NCBI GenBank assembly: GCA_028277115.1
Contig: JANQHG010000096.1
Location: 1-64,000, forward strand
Length of the DNA stretch: 64,000 nucleotides
Direction of reading: 5' to 3'
Source of the DNA: Azospirillaceae bacterium
Lineage (GTDB): Bacteria; Pseudomonadota; Alphaproteobacteria; Azospirillales; Azospirillaceae
Shown here: positions 27,480-36,865 of the stretch, piece after piece
Numbering within the stretch: position 1 is the stretch's first letter
How the letters are laid out: each line of letters opens with the position of its first letter
Made by a program: the position numbers and the translations under genes
Notes under the pieces: generated by a model
What the model was told of the DNA's origin: nothing
Databases searched by the model: none
What the model saw: only the letters and a program-made list of their open reading frames with translations

Positions 27480-28727
27480 TCACTGCGGCAGGGTTTTGTT
27501 GGTGGCGACCGCGCGCGCCAGCATGTCGAGCAAAGCCGCGCGGTCGGCCGGAAAGCCGAGATCGGCCCACTGGCGGCGCAGGGCGTCGAGCAGACGGCGC
27601 ACCTCCGGCCCCGGCGGCACGCCGAGCGCGATCACGTCGCGCCCGGTCACCGGAAAGCGCTGGCGGGCCACCAGCCGACCCTCGCCGAGTGCGCGGGCCA
27701 GCGGCTCGGGCCCAAGCTTACGAGTGGCGGCGTCGAGCAGCAGCCGGTCGGCCGCACGGTCCGCCTCGTCCTGCGCGACCAACGCCCGCCGCAACGCCGC
27801 CGGGTCGGCGGTGGCGGACAGCGCCGGGTCCGGTGTCGGCGCCGCGAGCGCGACCAAGCGATCGCGGTCGGCGCGCGACAGCCGCAGCCGCGCTGACGCC
27901 GCTGCGGCGACGGCGGGGTCGGCCGGCAGCAGGGCGGCGAGCCGCGGCACCGCACGCCCGGCGTCGCCGAGCCCGACCGCGCGCTCGAGCGCGACCAGCC
28001 GCGCCAATCGCGCGGTCGCGGTCGCGGCGGGCACCAGATGCGCCATCACCGCGTGGTCGACCATGACCTGCCAGGTCGCCGCCGGTGCGGGCGCGCCGGT
28101 CAGAAGCCGGGTCAGCTCGCTCGCCAGCCGCTGGCCGGACAGCCCCTCGAGCCCGGGCGCGAGCGCCCGGCACGCCGCGAGCGCCGCCGGGTCGCCCGCG
28201 CCCTCGCCGAACCGGGCATGGAAGCGGAAGTAGCGCAGGATGCGCAAATAATCTTCGCTGATCCGGGTCTCCGGGTCGCCGACGAAGCGCACCACCCCGG
28301 CGCACAGATCGGCAAGCCCGCCGAAATAGTCGTAAAGGCGGCGGTCGGCCGGCGCGCACGACATCGCGTTGATGGTGAAATCGCGCCGCGCGGCGTCGGC
28401 CTGCCAGTCGTCGGTGAACGCGACCACGGCATGCCGGCCGTCGGTCGCGAGGTCGCAGCGCAGCGTGGTGATCTCGTAGCGCCGCCCGTCGGCGAGCCCG
28501 GTCACGGTGCCGTGCGCAAGCCCGGTCGGGATCGCCTTGATCCCGGCCTCGGCCAACGCCGCGAGCACCCCTTTGGGCGGCAGCGGGGTCGCGAGATCGA
28601 TGTCATCGACCGGCCGGCCGACCAGGGCATCGCGCACCGAGCCGCCGACGAAGCGCACCGGGGCGCCGGCGGCGGCGAGCGCCGGCATCACCGACGTGGT
28701 CATCCAGGGGGCGCGGGGAAGCTTCAT
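27480..28727 (-). CDS. cca: CCA-adding tRNA nucleotidyltransferase / poly(A) polymerase family protein
   Basis: GGSVRDALVGRPVDDIDLAT (Pol-beta NTase head) and RRDFTINAM motif. 415 aa from ATG 28727 (MKLPRAPW). Confidence 0.85.
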   Translation of the reverse strand: MKLPRAPWMTTSVMPALAAAGAPVRFVGGSVRDALVGRPVDDIDLATPLPPKGVLAALAEAGIKAIPTGLAHGTVTGLADGRRYEITTLRCDLATDGRHAVVAFTDDWQADAARRDFTINAMSCAPADRRLYDYFGGLADLCAGVVRFVGDPETRISEDYLRILRYFRFHARFGEGAGDPAALAACRALAPGLEGLSGQRLASELTRLLTGAPAPAATWQVMVDHAVMAHLVPAATATARLARLVALERAVGLGDAGRAVPRLAALLPADPAVAAAASARLRLSRADRDRLVALAAPTPDPALSATADPAALRRALVAQDEADRAADRLLLDAATRKLGPEPLARALGEGRLVARQRFPVTGRDVIALGVPPGPEVRRLLDALRRQWADLGFPADRAALLDMLARAVATNKTLPQ

Positions 28728-28875
28728 CGGAGCGCGGGCGGCAGCGGCAAGAGGGTGGAACACCCCGGGGTTCGATCGGCCACCGGCCCGCCGCGACCAT
28801 GGCGTCGCAACAAAGGTTGATCCGGCAGGCGAAGCGCCTTGAACGGCTTCGAAACTTTGGCGAGGAGACCGTCCC

Positions 28876-29166
28876 GTGGCAGAGGATACGCCGAAGACCA
28901 CTTTGAGGCTCAATGGAACGCTCTTGCGCATTCCCGATGGACCTTACAACGACACACCACAGTTCACCCCGGAAGACCAGGTCCGAAGGGGAGTCGCGGT
29001 CGGCGTGCTCGCTCTTTATGCCGTGGTGATTCTGAGCGTGATCATGGCAGCCATTTTCGTTTTTGACCAGCTGGAGGCACGCAAAGATCTCATCGCGCTG
29101 ATCATGGGATCGATCGGCCCCGTGGTCGGTTCAATTATCACCTTCTATTTTACAGCCCGCCGCTGA
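28876..29166 (+). CDS. hypothetical small membrane protein (2 TM)
   Basis: 96 aa. Two hydrophobic helices. Lies in a locally lower-GC stretch (28840-29460). Confidence 0.4.
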   Translation: MAEDTPKTTLRLNGTLLRIPDGPYNDTPQFTPEDQVRRGVAVGVLALYAVVILSVIMAAIFVFDQLEARKDLIALIMGSIGPVVGSIITFYFTARR

Positions 29167-29185
29167 TCGCATGAGACTATCTGGC

Positions 29186-29440
29186 TCACCGGTCCGGGCG
29201 CGGTTCGCGTAAGCAGCCGTCCCGGCGGGGGCCGACCAACTCCGTCCCGCTCGACCGTCGGCCGTTGTGGATGACAACTGCGTTGCCCTGCTCCTGCGCC
29301 CTCAAGATCATCTCGTCCGCGGCGATCGCATGGGCGATCGGCTCATCCAAGGGAACGCCGCGGCGCGCGGCGACGTATCGCAACGCCGCCGCCAGGTCCG
29401 GCGCCATTCGGATGGTGATCTCTTCGCCTTCAAGGGTCAT
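29186..29440 (-). CDS. ribbon-helix-helix (CopG/antitoxin-like) domain protein, orphan
   Basis: N-terminal ITIRMAPDLAAALRYVAARRGVPLDEPIAHAI has the RHH beta-strand plus two helices pattern. No cognate toxin gene is adjacent. Confidence 0.45.
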   Translation of the reverse strand: MTLEGEEITIRMAPDLAAALRYVAARRGVPLDEPIAHAIAADEMILRAQEQGNAVVIHNGRRSSGTELVGPRRDGCLREPRPDR

Positions 29441-29715
29441 GAGGCCCTCTCGATCAGGTGACCGACCATCGAAGAAGGTCTTCGCGGCGTTTGAGAATCG
29501 TAAGCCGTTCGGGGAGTCGGTTCAACGGGAACCGAACGGTGTTCGGGCCGCCGGCCCCCGCCCCGGCCCCGGGGTGCGCGAGACGCGCACCCTCCATATG
29601 CACGATCGCGGCACCGGGGTGACGGCGACGGTTCTGGCTCGCGTTCGGCGTTCGGTGTGGCATACTCTGGATAGAGGTCGGGTGCGGTCCGACCGCTAAA
29701 TCTTGAGGTGCCCCG

Positions 29716-32070
29716 ATGACCGACGACCTGGCCGCCGCCGTCGCGCTGCACAAGGCGGGCCGGCTCGAGGAGGCCGAAGCGGCCTATCTCGCGCTGATCG
29801 CGCGCGACCCCGGCAACGCCGACGCGCGCCATATGCTCGGCGGCATCGCCTATCAGCGCGGCGACCTTACGGGCGCCCTCGCCCATTACGACCAGGCCGC
29901 GGCGGGCGGGCTCGGCGATCTCTCCGATGCGCTCCAATTCAACCGCGGCAATGTCCTAAAAGCGCTCGGGCGGCGCGACGAGGCGATCGCAGCGTTCCGG
30001 CGCACGGTCGCGATCAACCAAGACAATCTCCACGCCTGGTACAACCTCGGGCTCCTGCTCCAGGGTGGCGATGATGCCGCCGCGGCGGAGGTCGCCTATC
30101 GCCGGGCGCTGGCACTCGACCCGCGCTACCGGCCGGCGCGCAACAATCTCGCGGTGCTGCTCCACGGCCAGGGCCGGCTCGACGAGGCCGAAGCCCTCTT
30201 GCGCGCCCTGTTCGCCGAGGCGCCCGACGACCCCGACCCCCTGTGCAACCTCGCCAACCTGCTCTACTGGACCGACCGGTTCGGCGAGGCCGAACACTGG
30301 TACGCCCGGGCGTTGACGGTCCGGCCCGACATGCCCGAGGTGTTGCGCCAATCCGCCGACACCCTGAAGCGGCTGGGGCGGCCGGGCGAGGCGGTGGCGC
30401 GCTATCGGGAGTCGCTGGTCCGGGCGCCCGGCAACGCCGCCGCCGTGCACAATCTGGGCGCGGCGCTCAGCGACCTCGACGCGGTCGATGCCGCCGAGGC
30501 GGCATACCGAACCGCCGCCCGGCTCGCCCCCGATGATCCGTCGGCGCCGCGCAACCTCGGCATCCTGCTCCAACGGGTCGGCCGGCGCGACGACGCGGTC
30601 GCCGCCTACACCGAAGCGTTGGCACGGGCCCCGCTCGACGTCGATGCGCGGCTTGGTCTCGCGATCGCCCAGATTCCGGTGGTGCCGGCCGACGACGCCG
30701 AGATCGCCGAGGGGCGCGCCGCCTACCGCCGCCAGCTCGAAGACTTCATCGACGATCTCGAGTTCGCACCGCCCGACGAGTGGCGCGCCGCCGCCACGGC
30801 GGTCGGGGCGATCCAGCCGTTCTATCTCGCCTATCTCGGCGAGGACGAGCGCGCGCTCCAGACGCTCTATGGCGGCATGGTCTGCCGGGTCGCGGCGGCC
30901 GCGGCGGGCGACGCCGCGCCGGAGCCTGAGGCCCCCTGCCCTGCCCCGCCGCCGGTCGGCGCGGTCCGGCCGCGCCCGCGGGTCGGGTTCGTCTCCGGCT
31001 TCTTTCACTGGCACTCGGTGTGGGCGATCCCGCTCCAGGGTTGGGTCGCGCAGCTCGATGCCAGCCGGTTCGAGCTGGTGTGCTACGACACCCAAGCCCG
31101 GCGCGACGGCGCCACCGAGGCCGCCGAAGCGGCCGCCGCGCGCTTCGTCAAGGGCCCGCTGACCATCGCCGAATGGCGCCGGGTGCTTCAGGACGACGCC
31201 TGCGACGTCCTGATCTATCCCGAGCTCGGCATGGACCCGGTGTCGGCCAGGCTCGCCGCCGAGCGGTTCGCGCCGGTCCAGGCAACCGCGCTCGGCCACC
31301 CGCTGACCAGCGGCCGTCCGACCATGGATCTGTTCCTGTCGAGCGCGCTGATGGAGCCGCCCGACGGCGACGCCCACTACACCGAACGCTTGATCCGCCT
31401 GCCCAATCTTGGCGTCCACTACACCCCGCCGTTCGACGTCGCACCGGCCACCAGCCGGTCCGACCTCGGGCTGCCCGAGGACGCGGTGGTCTATTGGTGC
31501 TGCCAGTCGTTGTTCAAATATCTGCCGCGCCACGACGCGGTGTTCCCGGAGATCGCCGCCGCCGTGCCCGCGGCCTGCTTCGTGTTTATCGAAGCACCGT
31601 TCGCCGCGATGACCGCGCGTTTTCGCGCCCGGCTGGAGCGCGCCTTCGCCGCCAAGGGACTGGAGGCCGCGCGGCACATTCGCTTCCTTCCGCGCCTGAC
31701 CTTGCCCGAGTTCGCCGCGGCCGCCGCCGCGTGCGACCTCGCGCTCGACGCGATCGGCTGGTCCGGGTTCAACACCACGCTCGAGACGCTGCAGGCCGGC
31801 GTGCCGGTGATCACGGTCGCCGGGCCGTTGATGCGCAGCCGGCACACCACCGGCGTGCTGACCCTGATCGAGATGACCGACCTGATCGCCCCCGACGTCG
31901 CCGGCTATGTCGCGCTCGCGATCGCGCTCGGCCGCGACCCGGCACGGCGGCAGGCGTTGGCCGACCGGGTGCGCGCCGACCGGGTGCTGGCCGCCCACGA
32001 CCCCGACGCGATCGACGGGCTTGAAACCGTGCTGACCGACGCAGTCGCCGCCGCGCGGCCGGTCGCCTGA
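29716..32070 (+). CDS. TPR-repeat protein with C-terminal GT41-like (O-GlcNAc transferase/SPINDLY-like) glycosyltransferase domain
   Basis: About 10 TPR repeats (AEAAYLALIARDPGNADARHMLG...). C-terminal half has the COG3914 pattern (RPRVGFVSGFF...LIYPELGMDP...). 784 aa. Confidence 0.8.
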   Translation: MTDDLAAAVALHKAGRLEEAEAAYLALIARDPGNADARHMLGGIAYQRGDLTGALAHYDQAAAGGLGDLSDALQFNRGNVLKALGRRDEAIAAFRRTVAINQDNLHAWYNLGLLLQGGDDAAAAEVAYRRALALDPRYRPARNNLAVLLHGQGRLDEAEALLRALFAEAPDDPDPLCNLANLLYWTDRFGEAEHWYARALTVRPDMPEVLRQSADTLKRLGRPGEAVARYRESLVRAPGNAAAVHNLGAALSDLDAVDAAEAAYRTAARLAPDDPSAPRNLGILLQRVGRRDDAVAAYTEALARAPLDVDARLGLAIAQIPVVPADDAEIAEGRAAYRRQLEDFIDDLEFAPPDEWRAAATAVGAIQPFYLAYLGEDERALQTLYGGMVCRVAAAAAGDAAPEPEAPCPAPPPVGAVRPRPRVGFVSGFFHWHSVWAIPLQGWVAQLDASRFELVCYDTQARRDGATEAAEAAAARFVKGPLTIAEWRRVLQDDACDVLIYPELGMDPVSARLAAERFAPVQATALGHPLTSGRPTMDLFLSSALMEPPDGDAHYTERLIRLPNLGVHYTPPFDVAPATSRSDLGLPEDAVVYWCCQSLFKYLPRHDAVFPEIAAAVPAACFVFIEAPFAAMTARFRARLERAFAAKGLEAARHIRFLPRLTLPEFAAAAAACDLALDAIGWSGFNTTLETLQAGVPVITVAGPLMRSRHTTGVLTLIEMTDLIAPDVAGYVALAIALGRDPARRQALADRVRADRVLAAHDPDAIDGLETVLTDAVAAARPVA

Positions 32071-32126
32071 TCGGCACCTCTGCCGATCGCCTCTGCCCCC
32101 CAACCTCGGGTCCGACGAGTGAGGAC

Positions 32127-34088
32127 ATGACGGTCGCCTTCGATCTGTTTTCCGCGCCCGCCAAGCCGGCGACACTGCCGGCCCCCGCCCAGCGGGCGCG
32201 CCCGCAGCCCTGGCCGCAGGTCGGCGCCTCGCCTGCGCCGATCGCCCCGCCGGCAGGGCCGGACGACGCGGCGCCGCCCCTGCTCGGGGTCGGCCGCTCG
32301 GTGACCGGGCGGCGTTGGTGCCAGCGGCCCTATGACGAGCGGCTCGCGCTCGCGCTCGCCCAAGGTCATGGCCTGCCCGAGCTGCTCGGCCGGGTGCTGG
32401 CGGCGCGCGGGATCGGGCTCGGCGAGATCGACGATTTCCTCGCACCGACCCTGCGCGCGCTGATGCCCGACCCGAGCCGGCTCGCCGGCATGGATGCGGC
32501 CGCAGCAAGGATCGCGCGCGCGATCGCCGAGGGCGAGCAGGTCGCGGTGTTCGGCGACTATGACGTCGACGGCGCGACCTCGGCGGCGCTGCTTGCCCGG
32601 TTCCTGCGCGCGGTCGGCACCGAGCCGCGCATCTACATCCCCGACCGGATGACCGAGGGCTACGGCCCGAACCCGACCGCGCTCGCCCGTCTGCACGCCG
32701 AGGGCGCGACGCTCTTGGTCACGGTCGATTGCGGCACGGTCGCGTTCCAGTCGATCGGCGCGGCCGCAGACCTTGGGCTCGACGTGGTGGTGATCGACCA
32801 CCATGAGGCCGAGCCGCAGCTGCCGCCCGCGGTCGCCGTGGTCAACCCGCACCGGCTCGACGACACCTCGGACTGTGGCGGCCTGTGCGCCGCCGGGGTG
32901 ACATTTCTTGCGGTGGTCGCAGTCAACCGCGCCTTGCGCGAGGCCGGCTGGTACCGCGACCGACCGGAGCCTGACCTTAGGCGATGGCTCGACCTGGTCG
33001 CGCTCGGCACCGTGTGCGACGTGGTACCGTTGTCGCGGCTCAACCGCGCCCTGGTCGCCCAAGGGCTGCGGGTGATGGCGCGACGCGGCAACCCCGGGCT
33101 GGCCGCGCTCGCCGACGGCGCCGGGATCAAGGAGATGCCGACTGCCTACCACCTCGGCTTCGTGCTCGGGCCGCGGCTCAACGCCGGCGGCCGGCTCGGC
33201 CGCTCGGAGCTCGGCGCGCGTCTCTTGACCACCGACGACCCGGCCGAGGCGGCGCGTCTCGCAACCGCGCTCGAGGCGTGCAACGCCGAGCGCCGCTCGG
33301 TCGAAAGCGCGGTCCTGACCGCCGCACTCGACGAGGTCGCGGGGGAGGTCGCGGGGGACGAGGCGGCCGCCGGCCTCGTGTTCGTCGCCGGGGCGGACTG
33401 GCACCCCGGGGTCACCGGGCTGGTTGCCTCGCGCCTGGTCCAGCGCTTCCACCGGCCGGCGTGCGTGGTCGCGCTCGACCCCGACGGCACCGGCAAGGGC
33501 TCGGGCCGGTCGATCCCCGGGGTCGATCTCGGCGCCGCGGTGATGGCGGCGCGCCAGGCCGGGCTTCTGACCAGCGGCGGTGGCCACCCGATGGCGGCCG
33601 GCTTCACCGTACCGGGCGACCGGGTGGACACCCTGCACCGCTTCCTCGCCGACCGGATCGCCGAGGGCTTGACCGAGGTTCCGTCGGTCCCGATGCTCGA
33701 GCTCGACGGCGGGCTCTCGGTCCGGGCGGCAACCGTGTCCCTGGTCCAGGGCCTCGGCCGGCTCGAGCCGTTCGGCGCCGGCAATGCCGAGCCGCGGTTC
33801 GCGCTCGCCGACGCCCATCTGGTGCGCGCCGATCGCCTGAACGGCGGTCATGTCCGCTGCGTGATCGGCGGGCTCGGCGGCGGCCGGCTCAAGGGGATCG
33901 CGTTCCGCGCCGCCGACGGCCCGCTCGGCGACGCGCTCCTGGCCGCGGCCGGCCGGCCGCTCCACCTCGCCGGCACCCTCCGGCCGGATCGCTGGCAGGG
34001 CCGCGAGGATGTCCAACTGATCATCGAGGACGCCGCCTTCGTTGCGGCGGGCGGCGGCGGGGGGGCCACGTCATGGAGCAACGATTGA
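32127..34088 (+). CDS. recJ: single-stranded-DNA-specific exonuclease RecJ
   Basis: DHH motifs (VAVFGDYDVDGATS, VTVDCGT, VVIDHHE) and DHHA1 (GGGHPMAAG). Confidence 0.9.
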   Translation: MTVAFDLFSAPAKPATLPAPAQRARPQPWPQVGASPAPIAPPAGPDDAAPPLLGVGRSVTGRRWCQRPYDERLALALAQGHGLPELLGRVLAARGIGLGEIDDFLAPTLRALMPDPSRLAGMDAAAARIARAIAEGEQVAVFGDYDVDGATSAALLARFLRAVGTEPRIYIPDRMTEGYGPNPTALARLHAEGATLLVTVDCGTVAFQSIGAAADLGLDVVVIDHHEAEPQLPPAVAVVNPHRLDDTSDCGGLCAAGVTFLAVVAVNRALREAGWYRDRPEPDLRRWLDLVALGTVCDVVPLSRLNRALVAQGLRVMARRGNPGLAALADGAGIKEMPTAYHLGFVLGPRLNAGGRLGRSELGARLLTTDDPAEAARLATALEACNAERRSVESAVLTAALDEVAGEVAGDEAAAGLVFVAGADWHPGVTGLVASRLVQRFHRPACVVALDPDGTGKGSGRSIPGVDLGAAVMAARQAGLLTSGGGHPMAAGFTVPGDRVDTLHRFLADRIAEGLTEVPSVPMLELDGGLSVRAATVSLVQGLGRLEPFGAGNAEPRFALADAHLVRADRLNGGHVRCVIGGLGGGRLKGIAFRAADGPLGDALLAAAGRPLHLAGTLRPDRWQGREDVQLIIEDAAFVAAGGGGGATSWSND

Positions 34089-34498
34089 GCCTGATCACGC
34101 TCGGGGTCGCGGATGTCGCGGCGAGCCGGCGGTTCTACGAGCGGCTCGGCTGGGTCGCCTCGTCGGCGAGCAACGATCGTATCGCGTTCTTTTCGCTCGG
34201 GCCGGTCGGGCTCTCGCTCTATCAGCGCGACGCGCTCGCCGCCGACGCCGGGGTCGCACCGGCCCCGCCGCCCGCCGGCGCGCCGGTGACCCTTGCCCAC
34301 AATGTCGCGAGCCGGGACGCGGTCGGCCCCTGCCTCGCCGCCGCGGTCGCCGCCGGCGCCACCCTGGTCAAACCGGCGGGCGATGCCGATTGGGGCGGGT
34401 ACCACGGGTACTTCGCCGACCCTGACGGACATTTGTGGGAAGTCGCGTGGAACCCGTTCGTGGCGCTCGACCCCGACGGTGGTTTTCGGCTGCCGTGA
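34073..34498 (+). CDS. VOC-family (glyoxalase/bleomycin-resistance fold) protein
   Basis: 141 aa. MEQRLSLITLGVADVAASRRFYERLGW...GYHGYFADPDGHLWEVAWNP. Overlaps the recJ 3' end by 16 nt in another frame. Confidence 0.8.
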   Translation: MEQRLSLITLGVADVAASRRFYERLGWVASSASNDRIAFFSLGPVGLSLYQRDALAADAGVAPAPPPAGAPVTLAHNVASRDAVGPCLAAAVAAGATLVKPAGDADWGGYHGYFADPDGHLWEVAWNPFVALDPDGGFRLP

Positions 34499-34592
34499 TC
34501 GCTCCGGCTGGTTGCTGGAGTTGCAGCGACCTGGGCGATACCGCTCCGACGGGCATTCCGGGGCGGCAAGAGGTCTGCCAAAAACCTGTTGA

Positions 34593-34627
34593 CCTGCGTC
34601 GATCAACCGCATAATCGCCGGCGGCAA
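34593..34627 (+). promoter_or_regulatory. sigma70-like promoter candidate (TTGACC-15nt-CATAAT) upstream of the P-type ATPase gene
   Basis: Hexamers read directly. Spacer slightly short. Partial dyad TTGAC...GTCGATCAA overlaps the -35. Confidence 0.3.
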
Positions 34628-34691
34628 ACCATGAGCGACCGCGCCGCCGAGGTGGCGGCGACCGCCTGATGACCACCGGAGACTGCCAGCC

Positions 34692-36731
34692 ATGCTAGCC
34701 TTGGGCGCCGTCGCGCTGGCGATCGGTTTGGGGGCCGGTGCCAACGCGTTGTTTTCGGCCACCGAGCCGCGTTCCCGCAAGCCGTCCGGCCGTCAGCTGA
34801 TCGCCCGGCGTCACCGACCCCTGGTGCGGGTCGCGCACCGCCGGGCGGAGCTCGAGGACACCGCCGCCGCCGGTGCCGAGACGGTGCTGGCCAAATCGGT
34901 GCCGCTGGCGGCGCTGGGCGCCACCAGCGCGGTGGCCGGCCTGTTCATCCCGGCACTGGCCCTGCCCTCGGTGTTGGTCACCGGCTATCTGACGGTCCCG
35001 TTCCTGGTCGAGGGCTGGCAGAAGTATCGCCGCAACCGCCATATCATCGATCTGGCGGACGGGGCGATCATCCCGCTCTTGGTCCTGTTGGGCCAGTACC
35101 TCGCCGCCTCCCTGATCCCGCTGGTGATCAGCATCAGCCGCCGGGTGCTGGCGGGCACCTATGACCGGTCGCGGCAGCGGCTGATCAGCGTGTTCGGCGA
35201 CCTGCCCAAGCGGGTCTGGGTGGTGCACGGCGAAAGCGAGATCGAGGTCGATTATCGCGAGGTCAAACCCGGCGATATCGTGGTGATCAATCCCGGGGAA
35301 GTGATCCCGGTCGACGGCGTGATTGTCGCCGGCGACGGCCTGGTCGATCAGCACATGCTCACCGGTGAGTCGGTGCCGGCCGAAAAGACCCTCGGCGACC
35401 GGATGTTCGCCACCACCATGGTGGTGTCCGGACGGTTTCGCGTCCGGGTCGAACGGTCGGGCGGCGCCACCCACGCCAGCGAAATCACCCAGCTGATCCT
35501 CCAAGCGGCCGACCGGCGGCTGCGGGTCCAAGAACGCGGCGAGGCGATCGGCGAACGCAGCCTGCCGTTCATGGTGGCGCTGGCGGCCACGGCCGGGATG
35601 GTCGGCGGCATGGTGCGCGGCATCGCGGTCTATCTGGTCACGCCCGGGTACACCATGCGCCTGTTGGCGCCGCTCGCCCTGCTGCGCGGGTTGCGCCGGG
35701 CGGCGGACGACGGCGTGCTGATCAAGGACGGCCGCAGTCTGGAGCTGTTGCGCGATGTCGACACGGTGGTGTTCGACAAGACCGGGACCTTGACCGACGG
35801 ATCCTTGCGGGTCGCCCATGTGGTGCCCGCCGACGGCTTCGACCAAGCCACCGTTCTGGCGATGGCGGCCGCGGCCGAGGGGCGGCAGTCCCACCCGATC
35901 GCCCATGCCCTGCGCGCCGCGGCGACCGATGCACCCCTGCCCGCGGCCGTGCTCGATGACAGCGAACTCACGGTCGGCCGCGGTGTTCGGGCGCAGGTTG
36001 CCGGGCGACCGGTGCTGGTCGGCAGCCCGGCGTTCCTGACCGAGCAACGGGTGGCCGTGCCGGAGGACGTGCGTCCGATCATCGCGCAACTCGGCGCGTG
36101 CGGGATGACCGCGATCCTGGTCGGGATCGACGGCAAGGTTGCGGGCGTGGTCGCGTTGGACCAGGTGGTCCGACCCGAGGCGGCCGAGACCATCGCGCGC
36201 CTGCGCGAGCGCGGCATGGAAACGGTGATCATCTCCGGCGACGGCGACGCGGCGACCCGACACTTGGCCGAGCTGTGCGGTGTCGATGGGTACCATGCCG
36301 AAACCATGCCGGGCGACAAGGCGCGCCTGATCGAGGAGATGCAACAGGCCGGGCGTAAGGTCTGCTACATCGGCGACGGCATCAACGACGCCGGCGCGCT
36401 GAAACAGGCCAATGTCTCGATCTCGATCCGGGGGGCGACCTCGATCGCGGTCGATACCGCCCAGGTGGTGCTGCTGACCCCCAATTTGAGCCTGGTGAAC
36501 AGCCTTTTGGACGTGTCCGACCGCTACGAGAGCGCCACCGAGTTCGCCGCGCGCCTGGCGATCTGGGTGCCGAGCGCGATCCTGCCTTTGGTGTTCTTCG
36601 GCTACGGCGGTGTGATCCTGGCGCTGGCCGGCCATCAGACCGCGCTGTGGACCGGGCTGGTGCGCATTCTCAACAGCAATAAAATGCCGACGACCACCTC
36701 GGCACGACCGCCGTCCGGCACCGGGGCGTAG
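34692..36731 (+). CDS. P1B-like P-type ATPase with atypical TM-motif (TPG in place of CPC) and no N-terminal metal-binding domain
   Basis: DKTGTLT, MTGESVP and GDGINDAGAL motifs. The region aligned with the CPC metal-coordination motif reads AVYLVTPGYT. Confidence 0.8.
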   Translation: MLALGAVALAIGLGAGANALFSATEPRSRKPSGRQLIARRHRPLVRVAHRRAELEDTAAAGAETVLAKSVPLAALGATSAVAGLFIPALALPSVLVTGYLTVPFLVEGWQKYRRNRHIIDLADGAIIPLLVLLGQYLAASLIPLVISISRRVLAGTYDRSRQRLISVFGDLPKRVWVVHGESEIEVDYREVKPGDIVVINPGEVIPVDGVIVAGDGLVDQHMLTGESVPAEKTLGDRMFATTMVVSGRFRVRVERSGGATHASEITQLILQAADRRLRVQERGEAIGERSLPFMVALAATAGMVGGMVRGIAVYLVTPGYTMRLLAPLALLRGLRRAADDGVLIKDGRSLELLRDVDTVVFDKTGTLTDGSLRVAHVVPADGFDQATVLAMAAAAEGRQSHPIAHALRAAATDAPLPAAVLDDSELTVGRGVRAQVAGRPVLVGSPAFLTEQRVAVPEDVRPIIAQLGACGMTAILVGIDGKVAGVVALDQVVRPEAAETIARLRERGMETVIISGDGDAATRHLAELCGVDGYHAETMPGDKARLIEEMQQAGRKVCYIGDGINDAGALKQANVSISIRGATSIAVDTAQVVLLTPNLSLVNSLLDVSDRYESATEFAARLAIWVPSAILPLVFFGYGGVILALAGHQTALWTGLVRILNSNKMPTTTSARPPSGTGA

Positions 36732-36865
36732 CCCATCCGGCGAGGACGTCGGTCCGGCTCGTCGAGGAAAGGGCGACCGGGCAAAACAGGATAGCCTCCT
36801 TTCGATCAGCATGATCGGCCGTCATGCGCGATCACCCCAAGGGTCACCAACGAGAGGGCGCGATC

